From NCBI RefSeq assembly GCF_006345805.1, contig NC_043001.1:56296001-56360000 (forward strand): DNA of 64,000 bases, written 5' to 3'. The DNA is from Octopus sinensis (taxonomy: Eukaryota). Positions 10,506-24,879 of the stretch are shown here, one piece after another (position 1 is the first letter of the stretch; each line of letters opens with the position of its first letter). The translations under genes and the position numbers were made by a program. The notes under the pieces were generated by a model. That model saw nothing but the letters and a program-made list of their open reading frames with translations, was not told where the DNA came from and searched no databases.

Positions 10506-13282
10506 ATGATACTATTTGATCTACTCATCTTGCTATTGAAGCAAGGAGACCAGATATGATCGGTGAACACAGAAAGAAACAGTGTATGGTCTATATTATG
10601 CAGGCATGTTCACATATATGCATGTATGTATATAAATATGTCTGTCTTTCAGTCTATCTGCCTGTCTGTATGTATGCATGTAACGTGTGCGCACACACAT
10701 ACATACATGCATACATACCAGAGACTGTAATTTGAAAAGACCAATATAAACAGTGAAAACTATATATTTACGTGGTGGAAATGTGTAAGGTGAAACTGAT
10801 CTATGTTTCAATGCACTGTAATGCAATTAGTTCAATATTATTCTGTCACGGATATATCTAATAAAATCAAAAACGAAATAGTAAAAGAATCAAAACCAAA
10901 AACAAATTAGTGTTTGTTTGCTCTGTTATAAAAAAAAAAAGAAAAATTATGTTATGAGTCCTGCAGTATCTCTGAGATGAAACACATTATCTGAAACGTC
11001 TGTGTGACAAAATGATATATTATCTGTAAAATTAGTTATTGGTGAATGTTTTCTCCTTACAATAACACTGTATACATTTCCAGCGCTGGAGAGCATATAA
11101 TTTAGCAATGATACTAATTGACTTACTTGGGCAATAGTATAGCCAGTAGTGATTATTGATATGGACATTAGCTGCACTATATATCAATAATATCATCACC
11201 GCAGGTCAACTTGCTGGTGAGGTTTAGAAGATATAATTTCAAAAATTACATATACTGCTACAGTAGTAGTTTTAATATTATAGTGTCCTGGTGAAAATGG
11301 TGCATTAAAAATACATAAAACTATAATTCAGTACAAGAATATTGTTTAACAAATAAACTGGATTAGATTTTTGTTTCATTCTTCTGTTGTTTATTTTCGT
11401 TTTTCCCGAATTTATTTTGATGCACACTGCTGATGTATATCACAGAATTGATTCTCCAAGAAGTTATAACTGCAGCACAGCAACAGCCACTAAAATAACG
11501 ATTTATAGCATTACTGTTAGTCTATGTTAAACACATAGAACTGTGTCTGCAGCCTAGGTCAGGTTACTGGTCAAAGCTGTTTCTCTTACTCTGCTAATTG
11601 CCTTTGTAGAGGAAGTATGACTACTATACTCACCAACTATCCTCTGATTGATTTTGAACCAAGGAGGGAGCATCTACGCCAGCAGTTCTCAACTGACGAA
11701 GACACAAATGTAGTACTGAGATCACTAAATTGTGTTCCAAGCTTTAAAAAGCTGCAGTGTGAAATATATATATATATATATACATTTTACACTGTAGCTC
11801 AGTTACATCTAATTATGCAGTTACACGTATCTTCCAAACAAGAGATTAACCTGATGAAACGAGATAATAAAATCGGTTAATTGTGTAAGCATGTTTTTTA
11901 AAAGACGTCATCTTTAGGAAGATTCCCATAAATAAAAAGGAACTTTGGTGGTGAAATGTTTGGAACTAGTGTCCTAAGATGCTGCTTGATCTGAGAGAAA
12001 TAGTATAGAAACCTCCCGCAAATCACGCTATTCTGAGTTAAATACGGAAGAATATATTAGATGAAAAGATTCTAGAGATAGTGTGCAGAAATTGAGATGT
12101 AACTCTTTTTGATCATCGGATTGCTTAATCAAGACAACAAAAACAACAACAGCAACAGCAACAACATTAGTAGCTGTAGCAGCACTTCATGCAACTGAAT
12201 CTGAAATTGATATTTGGCTCCTTGCCAAAGCTGATTTATGGTGTGGTAAATGTATGAACGTCACACTTTCAAACTTCGCATATGGAAGAAGGAGCCTCTC
12301 CATAAAAGTAGCAGCAAAATCTCGCTAAAATGTCACACTATTGTCATAAAAATTAAAATGAACCAGGTATATGCCACCTGAATAAAAAATAGCTTATGAG
12401 ACATTTGTTCGATCGTATGTCTCTTGATTTAGGACTATCCTGGAAGTAATCCAAAATAACATCAGTAACAGTAATTTCCCACTAATTGAAATCAATAAAC
12501 CTGGTCACGGATGTAAAGATAACCTTAACCACTCCCTATTTTGTATCACTAGTGATAGTTTTGAAAGTCAAATTTGATCCAGCCATCGCCAAAACTTTCT
12601 TATTTTCAAACATTATGCATAATGCTTCATTATTCAATTAGTCTTTCCTTAATATAATGTTACTTGTTATTTGAGAAGAGTTTTAGCTGTTATTTCTAAC
12701 ATGACGAAGGAACACGTAAATTTGTTTATCTGTACGTGTAAAAAATAAAGACAACTTCAATGTAGATGTAAAAGGTAAAATTAAGCATGAAAGGTAAGGG
12801 TAATCTCAGTGATTCTGAATTCAGAACTTGGTGCTAATCCCGAACCACACAATAGCTAGTCTCGTTGGATTGTATCTATGACGTAATAAGCTCGGTTTGT
12901 TTATGTCTCGTCATCTTAGAGCAGGAAATGGTTTCAGGAAACAATATCCTCATCGTTCACACTTTCCAGCGGAGAATAAAGTCAGAGGATACTTTATAAT
13001 CTATTCATTATCCTCAGCAAAATCAAAATCCTGTCTTACTATAATCTATATTATTACATTTTAGGTTAGTCTTAGTACTTCGAAGAATTGTACTGTTTTC
13101 TAGTTTGCGGTGATCTGTCAAACATTAGAAATCATTTTAACATCCTTGACAAGCTTTCCTTTATTCTATTTCTTTAAGAATACCATATAATTCCAACAAT
13201 ACATAAGATGCCATTCAAATCACACATTAACGTTGTTGCGCGAGGATGTTTCACCGAAATGCCTTCAGCTGCTGTATGAATT

Positions 13283-13462
13283 GGTTTCAAATTTTGGCAC
13301 AAGGCCAGCAAGTTTGGAGGAGGTGGCAAGCCGATTACATCGATCCCACTACTCGACAGGTACTTATTTTATTGAAAGTCAAAGTCGACCTAGGTGGAAG
13401 ACGAACGAAATGCTGCTAAGCAGTTTTTCCGGCATGCTAACGATTCTGACAGCTTACCGCCT
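13283..13462 (-). mobile_element. tRNA-derived SINE, family 1 (internal deletion)
   Basis: ggtttcaaattttggcacaaggccagc...ggcatgctaacgattctgacagcttaccgcct. Confidence 0.8.
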
Positions 13463-16400
13463 TAGTTGCTGTATGAATTAAGGGGTCATTTGACCCAGAA
13501 ACGAACATAAGCACCCTATTAGTTGCTCCCTGGTAAATTTGCATCCCACCACTTTTGGTAATTTTCTACATAATTACTAGACTTCCAAGAAATAACAGGC
13601 AGATCTTACACAATTCCCGCCCTGCCACTTTTAAAGATAGATACGCTGGATAAAATAGCCCCATGTATACTATATCTGAAAAAATAATTCGGGACGGTTA
13701 TGCTTGGATCAGCTTTGATCATATTATAGATCTGATCACTTAGGCTGACTCAGGGTTAAACAAAAACAACAATCGACTGACCATACAGTCGAAGAAACAA
13801 TTGGATATTGTCCAGTAAAAAGAGCAGTACTGGTGCTTCAGTAACTTCAATCTTAGAGACATTTATCACGTTTACAGCCTGAAACCTATAATTATCTAAT
13901 CTTTTCGCTCTGATAGCAAATCAATTTTAAATATTCTTCAGCAAACAAAGCAATAGAGACAGAATAGAAAAAAAAACTAAAAACCAAAAAAAATCGACTG
14001 ATTGACATGAAGTCGCTAACTAACACACACCGACCTTTGGCTCATAGACTTATTGTCTCTTCTTTCTCTGCCTGTGCTTCCTCTAATATAGTGATCTCTA
14101 CCTCTCGGAGCTGCTCACTGATTTCGTTCCATAGCCACGCCAGCTTGTTCCTTCTCCTCCTTCTCCTCCACCATATTATTTCCAACTCAGACCCCACGCT
14201 ACCATTTCACCCAGTCCTTTCCTTCCAGAATGACATAACCCACAAACTCCCTCCCCAGCTCATGTATTTTTTTTCTGCAGCCATCAACTTGCAATTGTTT
14301 AAGAGAAACATTAACCGTTCTGACCTCACCGATCTCAGTGAGCCGGGAATGGTCCAGGTGCAACTACTTTCTCTTGACCAAACCATTAAAGATTGTTTAT
14401 CTAAAAGTCAAGGGGGTATCACCTTAAGAAATGGGATATTAAGCTTTCAAGACTTTCGCCTCCACAACATTTCTTCAAATTATCAGAATACTTTTCTAAA
14501 TATCGTCCAGGATGATGCTACTACTTGTACAAGTATTCCGCTATCAAGTTTAGGCACTTTTCACCTAACACTCATTATTTTTATTGCTTGTCATCCATCA
14601 TGTTACCTCTAAAAAATTTAAGGAGTAATCATTGGAAATTCATAAGTGATGAGGAAATTGAGTGAGAAAAAATTTCTCATTTTATCGTTTATTTGTTTTA
14701 ATGATAATTCTATTTCTATTCTTGTCTGGTCTAAAAATAAAATTAAGTTCTCTTTTATTGGTTTTGTCATTTGATTGTCAGAATTTTGCTAGTTATGTTT
14801 TCTTTAATTTATCAATGGATTTCTTCAGGAAAACAAAACAGTCTATAACTGTTTGTAAGATGTTTTATGGGAGATAAAGTGTGAGCTTAGAGGCTAAAGT
14901 AGTTAAAATAATTCAGTTTTTTTATTTATAATGTTCCAGTAATTTTTCCTGTTTGCAAGGACAGACAAGATTCACAGCCTTATGAACAATATTTTACACC
15001 AGAATATTGCATATGTATGTTAGTATTTAATTCGTTATCAATATGAATAGCAATAGTGAACAGAGAACTAAGCGTTTTTAATCAGGAGAGAACACAATAT
15101 AAGGCAGATCGCATCCTCACAGGGCAAACAAGCTGCACATAGTGATCCAGACAATGCAGCGCAAATTACCTGGGTTCATGTTGAATACAACACTTTTATG
15201 GATTTATAGAATACAATACGTTGCGGCAGAAGTCACTAGGAACCGCAACATCTCGGACGCTACGTGTGCCACAGTCGCAGAGACCACTGCTATAACTTCA
15301 TTCTACAAAGCTTTATCTCCCCGTCTCAGTCCAGATACATAATTGAAATTGAATAAAATATACAATAGCAGCCGTTGTTTCATAAATGCACATGCCGTGA
15401 ATAGATGAAGAATAACAATAAATGTCATACTTTGCGCAAGTCCACCTTGATCGTGGTATATGTGGCCGCTACGTGCTTTGAAAATAGACAAGACCATAAA
15501 GAAAACAACAGAACATGCTTGGAATGGCAAACTTGACTCCATGCAATGTTGGTCTGTATATTGGTCTGTATATTATTGAAATATTTGAATATCTGCCTAC
15601 AGTTTTGTGGACCAAGGCTGATGGCCTATAGTTTTGTGGACCAAGGCTGATCTTAGATCTAGACAGTAGAAACAAAAATAAAATCACCGAATCCGCCATT
15701 GGAAGTCTTTTCGTCTGAGGATAACTAGCTCTTTTTTCCTGTCACCATTCACAGAAATATCGCAAATGATCAAGGCCTCTTCCTTTTCATTTCTAAGCGT
15801 CATATTAAAAAAATTACAACATTGCTAACACTTCCAGCATTACCATCAATATTATTTCAGCATCTCCAACCATCATCAATAATTCTACAACGCCACTACC
15901 GCCACCGTCATCATCAGACACCCCACTAGTAACGCTGCATCAGATACTAAAACCGTCACAGCCACTGCCACTACCACCGCACTGCTATCGCTGCCGCACC
16001 TCTACAATTTCCATTGTAAACAACAAAAGAACTGATTTTATAAAAAAAAATCTGCAAGTATCTGGAATAAGATGTCCAGTAACACTGGACATCTTATTCT
16101 AGTCATCTATTGACCAGTACTTGTTAAGCAGATTGTCATACTTCTATGGCGACCTCAGGCCACATGCATTCACACTACCCATCCTGAGTAAGGCCATATT
16201 GAATAAAGGGTGGAAAATGAAAAATACTACTTACCTCATTCTTGTGAAAGTACAAATTTCCCTTCCTGCTGGCTAATTGGGAGTGTCTTCACGTATTTAA
16301 CCTTTATAGAGTCTTTTGTTAATATTTTTTCGGAAATCTCTCATTCCATCGGATATCTAGTTTTATGGTTTTCTGAGTGTCATCATACCGTGCGTTGCAA

Positions 16401-17879
16401 GGATGTAGTCATCATGTTTTTTCCGTGTTGTTTTATGTGATTCACTGATTTCTTTGTTGCTTGTGTACACAGCTGCGTGGTTAATGATTTCGTTTTCTTT
16501 GTTCGTCTTGTAGCTGTTGGTGTTGGTGTGAATTACATTTGAAGTGCTAGTGGTATATGTGGTGTTGGTGATGATGATGATGATGCCGTTGATAATATTG
16601 GTATTGTTTTTGTTTTTTGAAGTAATACTTGTATGTCGTTGCATAAATGCATCTCTTCCATTCTTTCGGACATCCCAGCTTCATTTATTGACAAAATGGT
16701 TTTCATTTTTCTTTCCTATCTATTGGATACTTCTGCCATTTACAGCCTACCTCGTGACTTTCATCACACATATCTAAGTGGTCCAATGGAAGAGGATGCA
16801 TGCCTTGAGTAGTTTTGTCTTGTTTGTGCACTTTGATTCTTTTGGTGATTTTCTGGTGTTATTGTTGTCACTGATATTCTAACTAAGAGAACGCCCCTTA
16901 CTTTTTTTGTTTTGGTTACTTTGCTACTGTTGTTCATATTGCAGCTTCTTTTACTACTGTTGTTCTTATTGTAGGTGATGCTTTTATCCGTGCCATTGGC
17001 GCTGCAGTCAGTGTTACTGTGGTTGTACGCTGTTGTTAGTGTTGCCGTTGGTGGTTCAGTTCTGTAGTTATTAATGACGTTCTAAATGTTATGGTGTTGG
17101 CAGTAGTGGAAGACTTCTTTCAGCGGTCAATTTTTCTTATTGTGTGCTGTAGAGGGCCTCGAGTGGATTGGTGTTGCCACAGTTATGGAATCCATGTCTT
17201 TTACTTTCCACTGCCTTCTGCAGTTCTTGTCTTCATTGGATCTCTATTTGGTCGTGAAACCTATCCAATGTCTCAGATAGCACCTAAATCCAATCGAATT
17301 TTTTCCAAAATTTCTACTTTCATGCAAGTGAGTTAGGTTCTTTCAACACAACTCATTTTACATCCCATCAGAAGTGTAGTTCTGCGATTTTTTTACCTTG
17401 ACCAATCTCTGTTCTAGGGAAACTGGTATCAATGTAAGCTCCTCACATCTACACGGGATGTTGAGATGTTTTTGTTGTAATAACTCGAGTATTTATTTTA
17501 CTGTGTTATCACTAAATTATACATAATCAATATTTTCATTAACACATTTTTTAATCTTAATGATTTTTACCAGAATTCCTCCACATCAATAATTCTATTT
17601 CAATTTAATTTTACAAAACTGATAACATTAAAAACTTAACAGTATTATCAGCTTAATTGAAATAAAATGTCTAAGAATCAGTCAGTCTAGGAGGTCATGT
17701 CTACAGTAAGAGCATTGTATTAAATGGTTGGCACGAACGATAATGTGCTGGTCTCTCCGGACTCTTTTCATGCTTAGATTGTGCTGGTGAGATTTGCAAC
17801 AGTATATGCTTTTTCGACGATATACATCTTTGTACATCGTTTTTATATCTCTTTGCTCTAATACCTGCGCTAGTTTCGT

Positions 17880-19975
17880 GTGTTTAGTATTTCTAACGCT
17901 CGTGTCTCAATACTTGCTTTAAGTTTTGATGGTTCATTTTTGTCCAATTGAGCAATGGCAAATATTTTTGCAACGCGCAAGAAGAGCCGCTTTTTGCCCT
18001 GGTGCCGCTGCTGTTACTTTTGTTATTGTTGTTGTTCACCACAGCAACGTCATGGTTCCGATGTTCATACTGAATCAATGCATCCCATAGGAGTTTTTAG
18101 TTTTCATTCTGAGTAACTCCTCCTGGGATTTGGTTATACCACGTTTTTGCTCTTTGTAGGCCGTGATTTCCACAGAGCTTCCAATAGAGCATTCTTGCCA
18201 TATTGTCATGTCGTCTTTTATAATTGCGTTGTGCCAGTTTCGGGCATTCGCTAACAATGTGCCGTACAGTTTCACCTCTTTTACCACACATTCTGCGTTT
18301 GTCGCCCACAGTTGTTTTATCAATTCTGCACTTCAAATAGTTGGTCCTTAATATTTGTTCTTGTGCTGCGCATCTAGGCGCTTCTATCTCTATCTTCAGG
18401 TCTCCCTACTACATCCATAACTACCAGTCTTCGGTATCTGTCTTGGCGTTCTTATCTCTTCCAAACAGCAATAATTTTTTTCCCTTCCATGTTATTTCTT
18501 TTCTCTAAGTTTTTCTTTCTTTACATAATTATCAATTTTGATGATACCAGACTTCAGCACATGCTTCAGCAATGACTTCACGGCATTTTTTCATCTGTTT
18601 CTATACAATCCTGGCAACTGATCAAACTTCTCCACCCTTTCTTCTAGACAAGTAAACAACCTATCAGTGTCACTCTTGGGATGGAATGTTCCGTGAATTG
18701 TCAATGTTTTCCTTGTATCCACATCCATGCTCGTCAGTTCTTTCTTTTGCCAATTTTATGATCTCAGCTCCCCACCGCAGTGATTTTATTCCATCCGGTC
18801 AATTTTGAGCGCAGCACCAATCTTAGTCTTCGGAAATGTTCCATTCTCAGTTTTTCTTTCATCTCCGTAACCATGGTTTCGTTGAACTCTAGTGTGCCAA
18901 TGTATTTGTAACCTTCCCTATCAACTTGTTTAATGACTCCTCTCTTAGGTAATTCTATCCCTGCCAGACTGTATCTTGTCTCATTTCAGGTTTATTATAC
19001 CACACGTCTTGAGCGCGAATTTCATGTCATCATCAGCACTAAAACAATGGACCGCTTTCACCAAAGAACTCACTTGTGCCTCATCCTTGTCATACAGCTT
19101 CAAATCATACACGAAGAGGAGGTGGTTGATTCTTTGGGATTTTCCTTTTAACTGATATCCCCGGTTCATTTTCTTCAAGATCAAGGTTAGAGGAATCATA
19201 CAAAGAACAAAAAACGATAGAGATAAAATATCGCCTTGGAAATCCCCTATCCTGATGACCAGAATACCCAAGCCTTGTCCATACAATGTTAATTCAGTTT
19301 CCCACCCCACCATATTTCCCTTCAGAAAACATGTTACATTATTTGCTATTCCAGACAATTCTAAGCATCCGATGCTCCACGAATGTGGAATCATATCGTA
19401 AGCTTTGTGGGAATCAATCCAGGCTATCCCCAAATTTTATCCTCCTTCGCTTACAATCTGCATTACCATTTTGTCAATCAATAATTGGTCTCTGGTACCT
19501 CTGATCTCACCCTGCAACCCTTTTCGTCCATCGGTAAGATGTTGTTATCATCAAGAAATTTGTACATTTCTTCTGCAGTCCCTCCTGACAGTAACTTCTA
19601 CATTAATGCAAGGCAAGAAATTGGCCTTTAATTGTCAGCAGCATTCCCTTTCGATGCATCCTTCATGCACAACATTATTCGTTCGGGATTTCTTCTTCTC
19701 CATCGATCAATGCATTTAATTGCTCTGCAATCAATTTATGGTACCTACTGAACTTCCAAAATCCTTGTACACTATCAGATCCTGCTGCTTTCCAATTGCT
19801 CATCTTTTTGGCTATATTTATTATACTATTTGCGGTAAAGTGGATATCTCCTTGCTGGGGATAAGCAGCTTTTGCTTCAAGCTACAAAAATATTCAGCTC
19901 CAGAATTGTGTTGTTCATGCTTATTCCATATCTTATCCCAGGACTGTCGACTTTTATCGGCACCAGAGATTAATC
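17880..19975 (-). mobile_element. Decayed R4/Dong-like RLE retrotransposon, RT + CCHC + RLE (copy B)
   Basis: WIDSHKAYDMIPHSW, GDFQGDILS, INHLLFVYDLKLY (18981-19433); MCGKRGETVRHIVSECPKLAQRNYKRRHDN (18097-18336); KLLWDALIQ..HRNHDVAV. Multiple stops and frameshifts. Confidence 0.88.
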
Positions 19976-20016
19976 TTTTTAATAATAAAATCTTTTTTGG
20001 TTGATTTTAAACAATA

Positions 20017-20192
20017 GGCGCAGGAGTGGCTGTGTGGTAAGTAGCTTGCTTACCAACCACATAGTTTCGGGTTCAGTCCCACTGCGTGGCACCCCGTTCA
20101 GGCAAGTGTCTTCTACTATAGCCTCGGGCCGACCAAAGCCTTGTGAGTGGATTTGGTAGACGGAAACTGAAAGAAGCCCGTTGTATATATGT

Positions 20193-20244
<52 letters not shown>

Positions 20245-20538
20245 TGACCCCCTTCGGTCAGACACAGACCATGGGTTTGCACTCAGAGAGCCACCCTCTG
20301 AGGCACAAGTCTGGGCAAGGTTGGTTTATGGAAGACCAGCAGTCGCCCATGCATACCAGCCTCCCCTCTCCACGCCACCAGTGTTATCCAAGGGTAAGGC
20401 AAAGGGGCCGATACAGCTTGGCACCTGTGACGTCGCAACTCATTTCTACAGCTGAGTGAACTGGAGCAACGTGAAATAAAGTGTCTTGCTCAAGAATACA
20501 ACACGCAGCCCGGTCCGGGATTCGAGCTCACAAGAAAT

Positions 20539-20582
<44 letters not shown>

Positions 20583-20846
20583 TATATATATGTGTGTGTG
20601 TGTGTGTATGTGTGTGTGTGTGTGTGTATATGTTTGTGTGTCTGTGTTTGTCCCCCCAACATCGCTTGACAACCGATGCCGGTGTGTTTAAGTCCCCGTA
20701 ACTTAGAGGTTCGGCAAAAAGACACCGATAGAATAAGTACTAGGCTTACAAAGAATAAGTTCTGGGGTCGATTTGCTCGACTAAAGGTGGTGCTCCAGCA
20801 TGGCCGCAGTCAAATGACTGAAACAAGTAAAAGAGCAAAAGAGTAA
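20017..20846 (+). mobile_element. tRNA-derived SINE family 2 (internal microsatellite; resembles the Octopus OK family as recalled), interrupted by a nested SINE
   Basis: Head ggcgcaggagtggctgtgtggtaag...gggttcagtcccactgcgtggcacc (20017-20186). Tail gtccccccaacatcgcttgacaacc...gactgaaacaagtaaaagag (~20597-20846). Confidence 0.85.
20243..20533 (-). mobile_element. SINE family 3 nested in the (TA)n of a family 2 SINE
   Basis: Minus strand: gagctcgaatcccggaccgggc...ttgagcaagacactttatttcacgttgctccagttcactcagctg, with (TA)n on both sides. Confidence 0.8.
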
Positions 20847-21190
20847 TCCGTTTTACTGGTATTGTTCAATCTGTTGTTTAGCTTTGTTTTCATGGCAAGT
20901 ATGCTCTGCTTTATTTCTTCAATTACAACATTCAAACCTTTTGTATCAACACCATGCTTCTTCAATTTTGAAATTTGCGAACATTCTTCAGATCTCCTCT
21001 TCTATTCCGGACAAGTATTAACACTACCCCGTTCAGGTAGCTTATATCTTCTGATATTCTTCTTTTCCACCTAGGTTGTTTATTTCCTTCTCTTTCTGTC
21101 AATATTATGTTCTCATAGGTTTTTAGTCCCATTCTTTCTGCAATAGTACTATTTGCAGTTTTGGTGAATATATTATTATTATTGTTATTA

Positions 21191-21269
<79 letters not shown>

Positions 21270-21270
21270 G

Positions 21271-21385
21271 CCCTTAATTTTTTCGGGGTCGGTGGAAATA
21301 AGTGCCAGTTACCCTCTGGGTTCAATGTAATCGACTTTCCCTTCCCCCAAATTTCAGACCTAGCGCCTATGGTAGAAAGGAATAT
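21271..21385 (+). mobile_element. SINE family 1, 3' fragment
   Basis: ttcggggtcggtggaaataagtgccag...aatgtaatcgactttcccttcccccaaatttc. Confidence 0.65.
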
Positions 21386-21451
21386 TATTATCATCATCAC
21401 TACCATCATCATCACTGTCATTATCATCGTCTTCGTCGTCATCATCATCAT

Positions 21452-21507
<56 letters not shown>

Positions 21508-21619
21508 TTGATGAAAACAGCTTATTTTGCTGGGTATGATGGAAAGTGTCAGCTGTCCACAGCCAGTAGACTAAAGCAACATTTGTTTACTGGTCATGCT
21601 TCAAGAACCCTGCGAAGAA

Positions 21620-22420
21620 GTTTTTGCAGTTTCAAGCAATGATGATTTTGTAGGTGTTCTACCTTTACATCTGTACCAATCTTTTTTCAGACTTGTTGGG
21701 AGTTGAGTGCTGATACTTCCAAGTGCGCCAATTACTATCGACACCACGTCTGCTCTCCTCATTGACCACAATCTTCATATTTCCCACTTCAAATCATCAT
21801 AGTTATTCAGTTTTTCTTCTCCTTTCTCTTTGATCCTGTTGTCACCGGACCATGCTATGTCGATTACCATGCACGTTCTTTCTTCACTTTTTCACCACAA
21901 CAATATCTGATTTCCGATGTCTGATTTCCGATATCTGGTTTCCGATGTCTGGTCAAGTGATCTCACTTAGTTATTGCATCCCATATGATTTTGCAATTTT
22001 CATTTTCGATGACACCTTTTGGGGTTTTTTCATACCACGTCTGTGGCCTTTGTAGGCCGTGATTCCCACAGAGCTCCCAATGGATTATTCTTGTCACATT
22101 GTCACGTCGTCTTTTGTATTCGCGTTGTGCCAGTTTCGGGCATTCGCTAACAATGTGCCATACAGTTTCACTCCATCACCACACACTCTACATTTGTCAC
22201 TCTGTTAATTCTGAACTTCACATAGTTAGTCCTTAACGCTTGTTCTTGGGTTGCACATACAAGTGCTTCTGTCTCTATCTTCAAGTCTCTCTTCTTCATC
22301 CATAGTCACCAGTCTTCTGTGTCTGTCTTAGCGTTCGTATTACCTGTAAATTGCCTTTACAGTTTTTTTCCTTCCATGCAATTTCTTCTTTTGAGTTCTT
22401 CTCCTCTTTAAGTTTTTCTT
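21620..22420 (-). mobile_element. Decayed R4/Dong-like 3' fragment (copy C)
   Basis: Reverse strand gives KCRVCGDG.ETVWHIVSECPKLAQREYKRR.DN..RIIHWELC and VVSIVIGALGSIS. It shares the block tgtgccagtttcgggcattcgctaacaatgtgcc with copy B. Confidence 0.82.
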
Positions 22421-22445
22421 TCTTTACTCAATAAATTTATTATTA

Positions 22446-22602
<157 letters not shown>

Positions 22603-22629
22603 CATTATTTTTATTTTTATTATTGTTTT

Positions 22630-23400
22630 TGTTGTTGTTGCTTTTTCGTTGTTTTTATTTTCATATACACTCAACAGATTTACTGTTTGAAAAGAACAAA
22701 TCTTAACAGCGGGCTACAACAAGTACACTTAGATGCTAAGAACCCTCCTATCGGGTTACAAGAAGTAACCTTAGATGCTACGGACCCTCCTAAGTATCCT
22801 AGCTGTCCCTAATAACGCTGTTTTCTGGAGCTGTACTAAGCCGGATTTTATGCCTGCTTCCTCTATCCATCTGTTCAGATCTTTAGGGATAGTTCCCAAT
22901 GCACTTATAACTACTGAGATACATTTTACCCACATATCCCATAGATTCTGTAATTCAATAGCTAGGTCCTGGTACTTTACTATTTTTTCTATACCTCTCA
23001 TATTAATGCTTTCATCATTTGGGACTGCAAAGTCAATTATCTGACACTTTCTTTTCTCTTTATCTACAACTACCAAATCAAACCTTCTAGCTTTTATTAC
23101 TATGTCAGTCTGAATTTTAAAGTCCCACAGCATCTTGAATTTCTTAATTTCTAGTACTTTACCAGATTCATTTTCATACCATTTATCAGTATGTTCAGAT
23201 CCTAGCTTTCTACATAACTCCCAGGAGATTACTATCCCTTGGTTGTCATGTATTTTCCTGTAATTTTTCTGTGCCAGCATGCTACATTCACATATGATAT
23301 GGATAACGCGTTCGTCTTTTGACTTGTATATCCTACATTGGGAATATATTTGGTTTTTGTCTTTCTTGGATTTTATTAAATTAGTCCTTAAGATTGATCT
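22630..23400 (-). mobile_element. R4/Dong-like 3' fragment with RLE domain (copy D)
   Basis: ORF 22771-23280: LWDFKIQTDIVIKARRFDLVVVDKEKRKCQIIDFAVP..EKIVKYQDLAIEL..VVISALG..LQKTALLGTARILRR. Flanked by (TAA)n-type tracts at ~22445-22600 and ~23405-23462. Confidence 0.88.
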
Positions 23401-23413
23401 TGTGCTATTATTA

Positions 23414-23452
<39 letters not shown>

Positions 23453-23821
23453 TATTATTATTGAGAGTAAATTTTGCCTTTCATACCTTGAATCAATAAA
23501 ATAATGGTTAAGTCGAATATTGAATTCGAAGGCCTTGACTAATCTCTTTTCCATCAAAACTGTTGGCCTTGTGTATAAATCAGAAACCATTAAGGGAATA
23601 TGACTTAGTAACAGGAGCACAAATTAACCAAGAGAAGTCGGTGGTCTTCAGGAGACGGCGGTCAATGTCATCGTCGAGCATTGGACTGACAGACAGGTTA
23701 AATTGCTTAGGGGTTGGTGTGGTTCACCTTCAAGTGAACAAGAACTGGGAAGCAAACATAAATCTTTACTGTATTGTCATAAATGTTCTTCTCGATCCGT
23801 GTGTCAAATATAGAAAAATCA

Positions 23822-23853
<32 letters not shown>

Positions 23854-23916
23854 AATAATAATAAGAATAAGAATAAGAATAAGAATAATAAGAATAAGAA
23901 TGATAATAATAATAAT

Positions 23917-24129
23917 GCTTTCAAATTTTCCCACAAGGGAAGCTATTTTAGGGGAGGCAATGAGTCGATTACATAAACCCTGGTGTTTCACTGGTACTTA
24001 ACTTATCGACCCCAAAATGATGAAAGACAAAGTTGACCTCGGCGGAATTTGTACTCAGAACGTAGCGACTGGCGAAATACCACTAAGCATTTCGTCCAGC
24101 GCGCTAACGATTCTGCCAGCTCGCCGCCT
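23917..24129 (-). mobile_element. tRNA-derived SINE, family 1
   Basis: gttgacctcggcggaatttgtactcagaacg...gctaacgattctgccagctcgccgcct, between trinucleotide tracts. Confidence 0.85.
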
Positions 24130-24182
24130 TAATAGCGATGATGATGATGATGAGGAGGATGATGATGATGATGATGATGATG

Positions 24183-24215
<33 letters not shown>

Positions 24216-24879
24216 TTGAATGCCACTAGTAGGACAATGGCTTCCGTTAGGACCGCTTGTAGTCTCTGAGCATCAGAATAATTGACTCTCCACAGAGTAA
24301 TTAACTTCCTACTACGTAATTAACATCCTACTATGCAAATATCCACCAGGAAACAGAATACCCATTTAACATCAAAGAATAAATTATTCATACGCAATTC
24401 ATATAACATAAAAATTTGTCATATTGTGTTATGGTCACTATATGGGGGTATTAGGAGAGGTCTACGTCTTTTTTTTTGTCAAAATCCTTGAAGATGTATA
24501 GGATGAGATAAAATAAAAAAGAGAACGCAGTTTTTGAAACAATAAACAACATGAACAAGGTAATGAACATATAAAACCGCACAGCAAACGTTTTAATATA
24601 AATTTGGTACGGAAGCTGGCTGAAGAGTTCTTTGTTTGGCAATGAAGAAGTGATGCTAGAGCTGTGAAGTCTTGCACGCATTAATTTCAACACTTCTTAT
24701 TAATACCTGCATCATTATGTACGAAAAAAAGTAAGAAATAAAAAATAATTCAACACTTCGTACACAACCTTAAACAATGATGGTAGTCTCTCGTCGTCTG
24801 AGGAAAATGGTCCTCCAATTCCTTGTTGAACAACCTGCACAAATGATTTCTTTTTGTAGTGATCAAATGTATGTGCTGT

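Noticed and set aside
11690-11730. CTGACGA-agac...gtact-GAGA hammerhead-like string
   Set aside because: The GAAA box is altered and I could not assemble stems I and III.
14007-14612. 201-aa plus-strand ORF
   Set aside because: No recognisable motif or splice structure. It could be a decayed TE ORF1 but I cannot support that.
20017-20090. tRNA-like A/B boxes in SINE heads as tRNA genes
   Set aside because: No complete cloverleaf, and each continues into a SINE body.
24770-24835. Minus-strand VVQQGIGGPFSSDDERL, faintly like a PDE GAF segment
   Set aside because: The acceptor lacks a pyrimidine tract, the donor is weak, and the similarity is too short.
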